This document shows, in pieces, positions 16,069-24,000 of a stretch of DNA of 47,313 nucleotides (positions within the stretch are counted from its first letter, which is position 1; the number at the start of each line of letters is the position of its first letter). The position numbers and the translations under genes were made by a program. Source of the stretch: a virus (lineage: Duplodnaviria; Caudoviricetes); IMG/VR virus record IMGVR_UViG_3300033513_000013, positions 1-47,313 of that record, one strand, 5' to 3'. The notes below the pieces were generated by a model that had not been told where the DNA came from, did no database searches, and saw only the letters and a list, made by a program, of their open reading frames with translations.

Positions 16069-16656
16069 TTATCCTTTCGTTTCCTTTTCCGTAAATGACT
16101 TCCAGTTTATGCACATCTGGCGCTGGTTGCCGTGCTTATCTTCTAAGATAATCAGGTCATCGGTGGCATGGATGACTTTCCAATAGCCATCGTGCATATA
16201 TGGCAGGTATAGCGTGTCGCCATCTCGCAGGATAGACTTGTCTTCTTGTAACGGGAATGGTATAAACTCTTCGCCATCAGCTAGGATGCCGACCATCTCA
16301 TAGATGTCCCGCCATTCTTTGTGACAGTCAAGGCAAGTGACCTGCTGTGTCCTGCTCTCAAACTCTATTGGCTCAGTGTCCAGGTTCTCACTACCACAGT
16401 AAGGGCAGTAGCAGGCATCGCCATTGATATACTCTAAAACAGTTTGGTTGTCCATTGCTTCCCGCCAATCGTTAGCCCTGTCGCACATATACTGATCAAT
16501 GTCTGTGATGCCAGGGTACACGCCACTATCAAAATAGATCACGGCATCGGCGGCTTCGTACTCACGGTCAACATCTTCAAACTTGATATACCGCCCGTCT
16601 ATCTTGACGGCATACGTCCATACATCGTTTACCTTGCCAAGCAAAATTGTTTTCAT
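16069..16656 (-). CDS. Composite protein with central Zn-ribbon domain
   Basis: RBS AAAGGA; CPYCGS...CLDC domain duplicated in 17005..17247. Confidence 0.65.
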   Translation of the reverse strand: MKTILLGKVNDVWTYAVKIDGRYIKFEDVDREYEAADAVIYFDSGVYPGITDIDQYMCDRANDWREAMDNQTVLEYINGDACYCPYCGSENLDTEPIEFESRTQQVTCLDCHKEWRDIYEMVGILADGEEFIPFPLQEDKSILRDGDTLYLPYMHDGYWKVIHATDDLIILEDKHGNQRQMCINWKSFTEKETKG

Positions 16657-16706
16657 GTTGTATCCTTTGCCGCGCCTGACCACCGACGCGGCGGGGGCTG
16701 GTGGTG

Positions 16707-17012
16707 CTATTCATCAAAGCCGCATGACCAGCACATTTCAGGATGATCCCAGGCATCACCACTCTGGCTGGTATCGTTGTCCCAAATGCGGAACGTATCT
16801 CCACACTTCGCACAAGTTTTGCCTACGCCTGCCTCCTCCATGATTTCATCGGCCCATCTTTCAAATTCCTGGTGTTCAGGCAGATCATTGCCGTACATCT
16901 CGCGGTACTGTGTCTTGAGATACAAAACCCTATCAGATAACAGCGGGTATGCGTCCACAATTTCTACCGCGCTTACGGCTCCTCCAAATACATCATCCCA
17001 GTTTTTATTCAT
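16707..17012 (-). CDS. Hypothetical acidic Zn-binding protein
   Basis: CAKC...CWSC; RBS AAAGGA. Confidence 0.6.
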   Translation of the reverse strand: MNKNWDDVFGGAVSAVEIVDAYPLLSDRVLYLKTQYREMYGNDLPEHQEFERWADEIMEEAGVGKTCAKCGDTFRIWDNDTSQSGDAWDHPEMCWSCGFDE

Positions 17013-17247
17013 TGCGCATAATCCTTTCGGTTGTCAACTCCCAATGATTAGGGCGAAACTCTTCACCATTGACAAGGATGCCGACCAACTCATAGACATC
17101 TAGCCATTCTTCGTGACAGTCAAGGCAAGTGATCTTCTGTGTCCTGCACTCAAACTCCATTGGCTCAGTGTCCAGGTTCTCGCTGCCACAGTAAGGGCAG
17201 TAACAACCATCTTGATTGATATATTCTGCAACAGTTTTATTATCCAT
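17005..17247 (-). CDS. Zn-ribbon protein
   Basis: CPYCGS...CLDC; RBS GGAG. Confidence 0.65.
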   Translation of the reverse strand: MDNKTVAEYINQDGCYCPYCGSENLDTEPMEFECRTQKITCLDCHEEWLDVYELVGILVNGEEFRPNHWELTTERIMRNE

Positions 17248-17301
17248 TGTTACATCTCCGTGCCCGGTCTTACCTCCTACCGGGCGAGGGCTGGTGATTG
17301 A

Positions 17302-17532
17302 TTACACAAGCTCATCGAAAAACGATTGCGGCCTGAGCAGGACAGGACTATCAACGTCCTTGATCCATGCGTTGATATGCTTGCTGGTTGTGACGCTCCA
17401 CTTCTGCTCGGTGCGATAGTAGCCTTCGCCTGGGATAAAGCAGGCGACAGGTGTTGAGTAGGATACCAGCACGATTGTGCCGTTGGATAAAGTAATCTCA
17501 GTCTGGTTACTGCCTATGCTGTTGACTTTCAT
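17302..17532 (-). CDS. Conserved phage early protein (SY.TPVA / S.TTSKH family)
   Basis: Motifs VSYSTPVA and WSVTTSKHIN. Confidence 0.7.
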   Translation of the reverse strand: MKVNSIGSNQTEITLSNGTIVLVSYSTPVACFIPGEGYYRTEQKWSVTTSKHINAWIKDVDSPVLLRPQSFFDELV

Positions 17533-17551
17533 TGTCTCATCTCCCTATATC

Positions 17552-17929
17552 TTAAAGCTCATCATCTGCAACTTCATCTTTATCGTTGCCATCTTCATCG
17601 AGAAAGTCCGGGCGCTCGTCTTCATTCTGCCGAATGAAATCATTGAGTTCTTGCTCGATGTACTCGAACACATTGGCGGCGATGATGTTGCAGGCTGTAG
17701 GTCGCCCGTCAAAAGCTGGCCCGTTGTCAGGCTCGTCAACTGCCAGGTCTAAACAATTGAGTGCCAGTTCCAGAAGGTCAGAGTTATAGACAGGCACGTT
17801 GTCATCTGCAATTTCAAAGATGGCCTCACTCGGATCATCCCAGACAGAAGGATCATCGTGCAAGCGCTCCTTAAGTTCGCTGATTGCAGTTTCGATCAAA
17901 GAATACATACTCGTGGTAGTCATGGTCAT
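17552..17929 (-). CDS. ocr: Ocr-like (T7 gp0.3) antirestriction DNA mimic
   Basis: Very acidic 125 aa. DDPSEAIFEIADDNVPVYNSDLL aligns with T7 Ocr [23 protein letters not shown]; acidic tail. Confidence 0.75.
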   Translation of the reverse strand: MTMTTTSMYSLIETAISELKERLHDDPSVWDDPSEAIFEIADDNVPVYNSDLLELALNCLDLAVDEPDNGPAFDGRPTACNIIAANVFEYIEQELNDFIRQNEDERPDFLDEDGNDKDEVADDEL

Positions 17930-17965
17930 CTCCTAATTCTTGTCCTGATTGTAGACTGTGGCTCG

Positions 17966-18244
17966 TTATAAAACCTCGACAAAGGTCATGTCAGGCTCGC
18001 CATTACGCACGGACACTGTGAAGTAATCGTACAAGCCATACTTACAGTGGATGTCAAGGTCTAACGGGCGGCGCTTCCAACTCTTGACCGATGTTATCTT
18101 TACTTCTGCTATCCTTCCAGCCCGATCAAGCACTTTTACACGCCCATGTAAGGATTTTAGTTCATCAAACTCAAGCTCACGTACAACATACTTTTTAGGT
18201 GATTTGTGACGGTCAGACCTGAATGTTGCCTCTGTTGTATTCAT
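17966..18244 (-). CDS. Hypothetical early protein
   Basis: Leader ATAGGAGATGAGACAATG. Confidence 0.65.
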   Translation of the reverse strand: MNTTEATFRSDRHKSPKKYVVRELEFDELKSLHGRVKVLDRAGRIAEVKITSVKSWKRRPLDLDIHCKYGLYDYFTVSVRNGEPDMTFVEVL

Positions 18245-18262
18245 TGTCTCATCTCCTATCGG

Positions 18263-18565
18263 TCAATCATCTTCATCATTACGGCGAACAAAGTCCCAAA
18301 GGTGCAGCTTGTCAAGCGCATGGATCACCCCTATGTTGCGAGTAGGATGCCCACCTACCACAATCAACATGCCTGGGGGTAGCCGGATGCCATGTTCTGT
18401 ATCACCCCGGTTATAACGCTTGATCGCCTCCCTTGCCACCCGCACAAAGCTGTTCGGCAGGGGTGGCAGGTGGTTGGATGTTAGGTGTACGGCTAGTACA
18501 TGGTCAAGCGTGAACATCCCGCTTTCTACTAGATAAGCTAAGTCCCTTGCTATTCCTGCTCCCAT
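18263..18565 (-). CDS. Conserved phage protein (HL..NH.PP.P family)
   Basis: Leader ATAGGAGATGACACAATG; motif HLTSNHLPPLP. Confidence 0.65.
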   Translation of the reverse strand: MGAGIARDLAYLVESGMFTLDHVLAVHLTSNHLPPLPNSFVRVAREAIKRYNRGDTEHGIRLPPGMLIVVGGHPTRNIGVIHALDKLHLWDFVRRNDEDD

Positions 18566-18579
18566 TGTGTCATCTCCTA

Positions 18580-18933
18580 TTAGCATACATGAATAACTGC
18601 CAGGTTGATTAGCTTGCCGTCCGGTAGCTCAATCAGTACATTGCCTGTAAAGCCACGATGTTTCCTACCATTGATCGAGACCTGGCCCCCCAACTCATAG
18701 CCCAGGTCTTTAACATTGCACAATGAGCGTGAGCCATAGATAACCTGGGCGTCACAATCAATGGCAATTGCTCGGTATGAAACTGGTATCTGCCAGGGGC
18801 CAGTGTGTGTATACTTGCCCCGCTTTTCGCCTGCCTCAATTTCAGCAGGCGTGAGTATGGTAGCCGCCTGCTCATGGGTAAGCACGATGCAGCTATGGTA
18901 TTTGTTATAGGTGTAGCTTATGTTCTGAAACAT
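18580..18933 (-). CDS. Hypothetical early protein
   Basis: RBS AAAGGGAG; open frame. Confidence 0.6.
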   Translation of the reverse strand: MFQNISYTYNKYHSCIVLTHEQAATILTPAEIEAGEKRGKYTHTGPWQIPVSYRAIAIDCDAQVIYGSRSLCNVKDLGYELGGQVSINGRKHRGFTGNVLIELPDGKLINLAVIHVC

Positions 18934-18958
18934 GGTAGTATCTCCCTTTCGTATCGTG

Positions 18959-19213
18959 CTATTTCAAGATTAGGATTTCACAATCAACTACATCACAGGC
19001 CAGCCCGAAAGCCGGGTTCCAGGTGAAGTGTTCGCCATCTTCGGAAGGCGAGATCACAAGCTGCTCCCCAGGTAGCAAGCGTGAAGCGTAGTCGTTATAC
19101 CACTTGTCAATGGTGGCCTGATCTTCTGAGCTAATACCACTGTCATCACCATTGATTAGGTAAGATAGTGCGTAGGCCGGGACTTGCTCGGTTCGTTGAA
19201 ATATTGTAATCAT
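18959..19213 (-). CDS. Conserved acidic phage protein (DUF6926-like)
   Basis: P.YALSYLINGDDSG...ED motif. Confidence 0.6.
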   Translation of the reverse strand: MITIFQRTEQVPAYALSYLINGDDSGISSEDQATIDKWYNDYASRLLPGEQLVISPSEDGEHFTWNPAFGLACDVVDCEILILK

Positions 19214-19217
19214 GGTA

Positions 19218-19388
19218 TCACTTCCCTTTCTCGTACAAGTGCAGATTACATACCCAGGCTATAATCTTCTGGCCTGTGTTCGCCACTGTTACCTTGCGTT
19301 CTACCGCAGGTAGTTTGCAGCCCCGGCGTGTACACGGTTTATCATTCTTACCGCACGGATTACCCTTCTGATACGTGTTTGCGTCCAT
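19218..19388 (-). CDS. Small Cys-rich protein (56 aa; not in the ORF track)
   Basis: MDANTYQKGNPCGKNDKPCTRRGC...WVCNLH; TAATG-coupled to the upstream gene. Confidence 0.5.
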   Translation of the reverse strand: MDANTYQKGNPCGKNDKPCTRRGCKLPAVERKVTVANTGQKIIAWVCNLHLYEKGK

Positions 19389-19636
19389 TATACGAAACTC
19401 CCTTCTATAGCTAGTCTCTGAACCAATATACTTTCCTGTTGATTGGCAACCTTTATATCTGTTGCCAGGATAGAGATACTATCCGCATCGTCTGTTAGTA
19501 TCTCAATACACACTGAGCTTTCACTAACACCTTTCCAGTATCCCAAAGATGACAGGATACTAAAGCCAGGGAATAGCCGGGATACAAGCTCAGGTAGATT
19601 GGGGGAGTCCTGAGTGAATAAACGGTACAATGTCAT
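19388..19636 (-). CDS. S-adenosylmethionine lyase-like (T3 SAMase/DUF3574-like) protein
   Basis: FPGFS....G.WKG..E.S..IEI ... LA..IK....QESILV fits the SAM-lyase G.Y/W..E...QxxhLV pattern; RBS AAAGGA. Confidence 0.6.
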   Translation of the reverse strand: MTLYRLFTQDSPNLPELVSRLFPGFSILSSLGYWKGVSESSVCIEILTDDADSISILATDIKVANQQESILVQRLAIEGSFV

Positions 19637-19641
19637 TGTAG

Positions 19642-19848
19642 CTAGTCCTTTCCGAAAAAGTCTACTGATTGTATGGATGCAAGTTGAGTAGCAAGCTTGC
19701 ACGAAATAGCGGGATTGTGACGGTGCTTACACTTAGGACAATACGGTCTGTCTGCATTGTCCAGCGCAGCAAGAGTAGCCTCTACGGTTTCGCCTTTTTC
19801 AAGCGGTGTTTCAAGTACTCGCAGCAGTAAATCACTGTAGTATGACAT
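19642..19848 (-). CDS. Hypothetical protein (CxxC..H..C)
   Basis: RBS AGAAAGGA before ATG 19848. Confidence 0.6.
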   Translation of the reverse strand: MSYYSDLLLRVLETPLEKGETVEATLAALDNADRPYCPKCKHRHNPAISCKLATQLASIQSVDFFGKD

Positions 19849-19940
19849 TACGGTTATCCTTTCTATCGATAACACTATGATACACAATAATGGGCGGCAG
19901 CGTAATAAATTTACCGTAAATATGATGTTAATTTGGTCGG

Positions 19941-20150
19941 TTATCGTATCTCGATAAAGACTGATACACTCAGCCTTGTGACTAGACATGCGGTGTGTAT
20001 ATGCGGGCGGTAGCTCAGGCGTGAGATACGCGTTCTAGTAGCACTCGTAAGGTGAATATACAGGCGTGATTTACCATTGCGTGACATAACCGCGTAAGTG
20101 CTGTTTTGACAATGCAAAGGCGAATAAATAGCTAACATTTTTCTGTCCAT
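19941..20150 (-). CDS. First gene of the leftward early unit; basic hypothetical protein
   Basis: RBS GAAAGGA before ATG 20150. Confidence 0.55.
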   Translation of the reverse strand: MDRKMLAIYSPLHCQNSTYAVMSRNGKSRLYIHLTSATRTRISRLSYRPHIHTACLVTRLSVSVFIEIR

Positions 20151-20450
20151 CGGGTTATCCTTTCGTATGCTATCATCATACACATGTAAGGCGTAAAAAA
20201 GCTATAAAGTTTGCGTTAATTTCATGTAAAAACGCCTGGATCATGGTGGTATAGTCAAATGTCAGTATTTGTGACATAATGACAGGTAACGAAGATAACC
20301 AGCATTAAACTCTGTTTCGTACGGCGAAACATCAGTTTCACCAGGTGAAACAGCATTTTTAGAGCTTTATATGGCTTTATTTGTGCAGTATTCGTGAAAA
20401 ATTATGCTTTTGATAAGTGTAGTTAACTGAACCATGATAGAAAGGTGACT
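20151..20450. promoter_or_regulatory. AT-rich divergent control region (possible genome end/pac region)
   Basis: Non-coding and AT-rich, between the leftward early genes and terS; two GTTTC-N7-GAAAC palindromes. Confidence 0.55.
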
Positions 20451-20906
20451 ATGGACGGTCAAATGCGGAACCCGGACGGTACTTTTGCGGCTGGTAAGCG
20501 CTATCCATCCCCAGGAAGACGTAAAAACCCCGTTGCGTTGGCCTATCAGCAGGCTGCATTAGAGAGTGTACCTGTCGTTAGGTTCATCGCGATGCTAGAA
20601 AAGCTCTGCGATAGGGTAGAACGTACAGGTGATCCTAGAGCTTTCAGTTCGATCTGTAGAGCTTTGGGGATTTACACAGAGCAGAAGTACTCCACAGCTG
20701 ATAACCACCTCACCGTTGAAATAGTGTACAGTAAACCAGGAGAATTAGAAAATAAGCCATCCATCATTCTCTCCTCCCCCCCCACACCATCTTTAGCCGC
20801 GCGCAATCAGGGTTTTAGCCCCTCGCGAATTTCTGCCGATGAAAGGTCTGACCCTGAAATCGTTGATAGCGAGGTTGTTGAAGCAAGCGACACAGAAAGT
20901 GAGTAG
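20451..20906 (+). CDS. terS: Putative terminase small subunit
   Basis: RNPDGTF..G....PGR N-terminal motif; helical core; first gene of the packaging unit, upstream of terL. Confidence 0.55.
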   Translation: MDGQMRNPDGTFAAGKRYPSPGRRKNPVALAYQQAALESVPVVRFIAMLEKLCDRVERTGDPRAFSSICRALGIYTEQKYSTADNHLTVEIVYSKPGELENKPSIILSSPPTPSLAARNQGFSPSRISADERSDPEIVDSEVVEASDTESE

Positions 20907-20911
20907 CAGGA

Positions 20912-21106
20912 ATGCTGAACATAATGCAAGCGAGGAAGAAAGTAAGTCAATGGCCTGAGCCGTACAGAAGTTATGCAACGTGCAACATCATAGATGCCAT
21001 TGATGATTTAGCGAGGTGGTACGATCATCGCAAGGAGATACTTACTGACATGACAGAGGCAATTATCGCATGGGAGCAGGAGATGAAAGACAGCGATGGG
21101 AGATGA
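20912..21106 (+). CDS. Hypothetical protein
   Basis: Open frame, ATGA-coupled to the next gene. Confidence 0.5.
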   Translation: MLNIMQARKKVSQWPEPYRSYATCNIIDAIDDLARWYDHRKEILTDMTEAIIAWEQEMKDSDGR

Positions 21107-21297
21107 GCGAACAACTAACAAAGTGTCCTTGGTGTGGGAGTGAACTCACAATCGAGGAACCGATGGTCAGCCCAGGCATGCCGATGTACTATTGTGATGA
21201 ATGCAAGAGCTATATGATAGTAAGCAAAGTTGAATATGCAGGCAAAGGCAAGCCGTTTATCTGTGAGGATGACATAGCAGTCATAGAAAGCGAATAG
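21103..21297 (+). CDS. Small Zn-ribbon protein
   Basis: CPWC...CDEC. Confidence 0.55.
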   Translation: MSEQLTKCPWCGSELTIEEPMVSPGMPMYYCDECKSYMIVSKVEYAGKGKPFICEDDIAVIESE

Positions 21298-21299
21298 CG

Positions 21300-21503
21300 A
21301 TGGAAGTCAAATGTGACGTATGTGGCAAGGTAAGAACAGACATGGGCCTGAAGCTAGGCATCATAGACGAGAGTACAGATGTTGAAACCAGGGAGCAAGC
21401 CAGGGAACAGATGAAGCCTTATGAGTTACGTGCATACCACGTATGTATCCCATGTTTTCTAAAAGCGTTAGGCATAAAGCCAGAGAGCGAGAAGCAGGCA
21501 TGA
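21300..21503 (+). CDS. Small Zn-finger protein
   Basis: CDVC...CIPC. Confidence 0.55.
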   Translation: MEVKCDVCGKVRTDMGLKLGIIDESTDVETREQAREQMKPYELRAYHVCIPCFLKALGIKPESEKQA

Positions 21504-21739
21504 CTGACACAACCACAACTTCTGTTCCTTTCACCCCCGATTTCAACGTCGAGCTATACAACCACAACAAGTTGGCGCAAGAGTTAGTCGAGTGGTTTGC
21601 GTCCTACTTCACCGACGTGCAGTTGAGCGAACTGTTGAGAAAACTCAGGCACTTTCACTATACACACAACGGCAACATCTTAGTTACATACGAGGACGAG
21701 AAGATAAAGATACGAGTATGGGAAATCAGGGAAGTATGA
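21500..21739 (+). CDS. Hypothetical protein
   Basis: ATGA overlap; ends 1 nt before terL. Confidence 0.5.
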   Translation: MTDTTTTSVPFTPDFNVELYNHNKLAQELVEWFASYFTDVQLSELLRKLRHFHYTHNGNILVTYEDEKIKIRVWEIREV

Positions 21740-21740
21740 G

Positions 21741-23060
21741 ATGACAGATGATCCTACAACCAGCGAGCGCGTAGCCGATCCTCTAACCAGCGGAAGGCGC
21801 GTAGTGCAGTTGCATCTGCCAGAACTGCACAAAGCGCAGATCGCGATGAAAGACGAGAGCAAGCGGTTCAACGTTGCGTGCTGTGGGAGAAGGTTTGGCA
21901 AGAATATCTTGCTGCATCACGAAGCGATACGGAGGCTGATAGCGGGGCTATACTGCAACTGGGGCAGCCCGAGCTATAAGAACCTGGCTGATGACTGGCG
22001 ATTGCTGTTGAATATCTTGTCGCCCATACTACAGGACAAGAGCGAGCAAGAGCACAGGATGGAGCTAATGGGAGGGGGAGTGCTGGAGATGTGGTCGCTC
22101 GATAACCCCAATGTAATCAGAGGGAGAGGGGTGGACGAGTGGTTCATCAACGAAGCGGCGCAGGTGCCCGATTTGTTCCCGGTGTGGAACGAGATCATCA
22201 GGCCGACGCTGATAGACAGGCATGGGGGCGCGTGGTTTGCCAGCACCCCGAAAGGCTACAATGGGTTCAAGCAGTTGTACCAGTTAGGGATAGATCAGAA
22301 GAGCAACCCTGATTGGATAAGCTGGCATTATTCCAGTTATGCAAACCCATATCTCGACCCAGATGAACTGGACGAGTTGAAGAACACCATGACCGAGGAG
22401 CAGTATCGCCAGGAGATCCTGGCGGAGTTTGTCGAGGGGGCGGGGAGCGTGTTCAGGAATTTGGGTGCGTGTTTGCTGGCGCCGAAGCTGAACAGCCCTG
22501 CGGAGCACAAAGGGCATGCGCTGGTAGCGGGAGTGGACTGGGGCAAGCAGGATGACTTCACAGTAGTGAGCGTGGGTTGCAGAGACTGCATGAGAGAGAT
22601 AGAATTAGACCGGTACAACACAATTGATTATGCGTTCCAGAGGCAGCGGCTGATACTGACGCTGGCGAAGTGGTCTGTGCATCACACGATAGTGGAAGCC
22701 AACGCCATGGGCGGGCCGATCTTGGAGCAGTTGCAGCGAGACGGCGTGCAGATCATCGGGTTTGTGACCACCAACCCGAGTAAGGTAGCGATAGTGGAGG
22801 GCCTGGCATTGACGCTTGAGAAGGGAAGTTTCCAGTTCCTGCCTGACGAAGTTGGAAAAGCGGAGTTGGAAGCGTATCAGTTGATGAGAACACGCACCGG
22901 GATGGCAACGTACAATGCGCCTGCCGGTATGCACGATGATACGGTAATTGCGCGGGCGTTGATGATCAAGGCGATCAACGAAGTAGCGCCTGGGAGCATG
23001 ATGCAGGACAAGGAGAAGCGGTCGCATGCGCCGATGGAGGCGTATGCGCACATGTTTTAG
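21741..23060 (+). CDS. terL: Terminase large subunit
   Basis: Walker A GRRFGK, RGRG..WFINEAA Walker B, STPKG motif III, nuclease GVDWG...D and HDDTV. Confidence 0.95.
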   Translation: MTDDPTTSERVADPLTSGRRVVQLHLPELHKAQIAMKDESKRFNVACCGRRFGKNILLHHEAIRRLIAGLYCNWGSPSYKNLADDWRLLLNILSPILQDKSEQEHRMELMGGGVLEMWSLDNPNVIRGRGVDEWFINEAAQVPDLFPVWNEIIRPTLIDRHGGAWFASTPKGYNGFKQLYQLGIDQKSNPDWISWHYSSYANPYLDPDELDELKNTMTEEQYRQEILAEFVEGAGSVFRNLGACLLAPKLNSPAEHKGHALVAGVDWGKQDDFTVVSVGCRDCMREIELDRYNTIDYAFQRQRLILTLAKWSVHHTIVEANAMGGPILEQLQRDGVQIIGFVTTNPSKVAIVEGLALTLEKGSFQFLPDEVGKAELEAYQLMRTRTGMATYNAPAGMHDDTVIARALMIKAINEVAPGSMMQDKEKRSHAPMEAYAHMF

Positions 23061-23071
23061 TAGAAAGGGAT

Positions 23072-23272
23072 ATGATGACAGACGAAGCGTTTGACTACAA
23101 AAAGTTTGCTGGATATATCACGAAGATGCCAGATAAACCTGGGTTGGCTAACTTTGATTGCGACAGTTGCGGTAGAAACTTGCCCGTTAGTGGCCTGGTC
23201 TTATACATGGGCAAGTGGTACTGCATGTCGTGTTTTATGATGAGCGATTTATGGAGTAGGGAGTTGAAGTAG
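23072..23272 (+). CDS. Small Zn-finger protein
   Basis: CDSC...CMSC; RBS AGAAAGGG. Confidence 0.55.
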   Translation: MMTDEAFDYKKFAGYITKMPDKPGLANFDCDSCGRNLPVSGLVLYMGKWYCMSCFMMSDLWSRELK

Positions 23273-23283
23273 AAAGGGATGCA

Positions 23284-23574
23284 ATGGCTACTTATAAGAA
23301 AGGCGACGTATACAATATACCCACCAAGGAAGAATGGGACGCGTTAGACAAGGCGTTCAAGGAGAAAGTGAAGCAGTTTGACGAGGAGCATTGGAACCAC
23401 CTGCCTATGTGGCTGAGGCGCATGTACGACTTTGTAACGCAGATGGGCATAGCTTTTGCAGACGAGAACGTTGACGGCTACATGAAGGCCAGCGATGCGC
23501 TTGTTCGCGAACTGAACCAACTCAGGAAGAAGTTTCAGGAGCACTATGAGGCCGAGCATGAAGTTACCCAATAA
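23284..23574 (+). CDS. Hypothetical protein
   Basis: RBS AGAAAGGG. Confidence 0.6.
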   Translation: MATYKKGDVYNIPTKEEWDALDKAFKEKVKQFDEEHWNHLPMWLRRMYDFVTQMGIAFADENVDGYMKASDALVRELNQLRKKFQEHYEAEHEVTQ

Positions 23575-23869
23575 AGTCAAGATCGGCCCGGTAGTGTTCG
23601 ATGTTGAGTTGGTAAAGAAACTCAACGAGGAGAATGGAGACCATCTCGACGGCGATATTGATTACAGACATGCCAAAATCAAGATTTATTCAGGCAACGC
23701 CAAAGATGTTATGCGGCATATCTTGTTGCACGAGGTTCTGCATGGCGTCATAAATGACAGTTGGCCCGAAAATGCGCCAAGCGAGGCAGACATTACGCGT
23801 ATTGCTAGCGCACTATCGGCTATGCTGCTTGACAACCCAAAGTTCGTGAAGTTGTGGAGAAAGGTATGA
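23558..23869 (+). CDS. Small zincin-like (HExxH) phage protein
   Basis: P..VKIG...F.V ... G.I......I.I ... LLHEVLHG. Confidence 0.7.
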   Translation: MKLPNKVKIGPVVFDVELVKKLNEENGDHLDGDIDYRHAKIKIYSGNAKDVMRHILLHEVLHGVINDSWPENAPSEADITRIASALSAMLLDNPKFVKLWRKV

Positions 23870-24000
23870 GACCACCGGAAGAAGAAGATAATGACGACCT
23901 GCCTACCCTGGACGAGTATTATCTCGACATGGATATTGACTGGGAGCACCCGGAGCCGCAGGCGCTAGAGCCGGTGGGAACGGAGGATAAGGATGGCTGA
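23866..24000 (+). CDS. Small acidic protein (44 aa; not in the ORF track)
   Basis: MRPPEEEDNDDLPTLDEYYLDMDIDW...; ATGA overlap upstream and overlaps the portal start. Confidence 0.4.
   Translation: MRPPEEEDNDDLPTLDEYYLDMDIDWEHPEPQALEPVGTEDKDG

Noticed and set aside
20313-20351. Mini CRISPR array (GTTTC...GAAAC resembles repeat ends)
   Set aside because: The units are only 17 bp, 4 bp apart, with no spacers and no cas genes.
22140-22160. Inactive terminase because Walker B reads INEAA rather than IDEAA
   Set aside because: The catalytic Glu and all other motifs are intact; this is most likely a natural variant.
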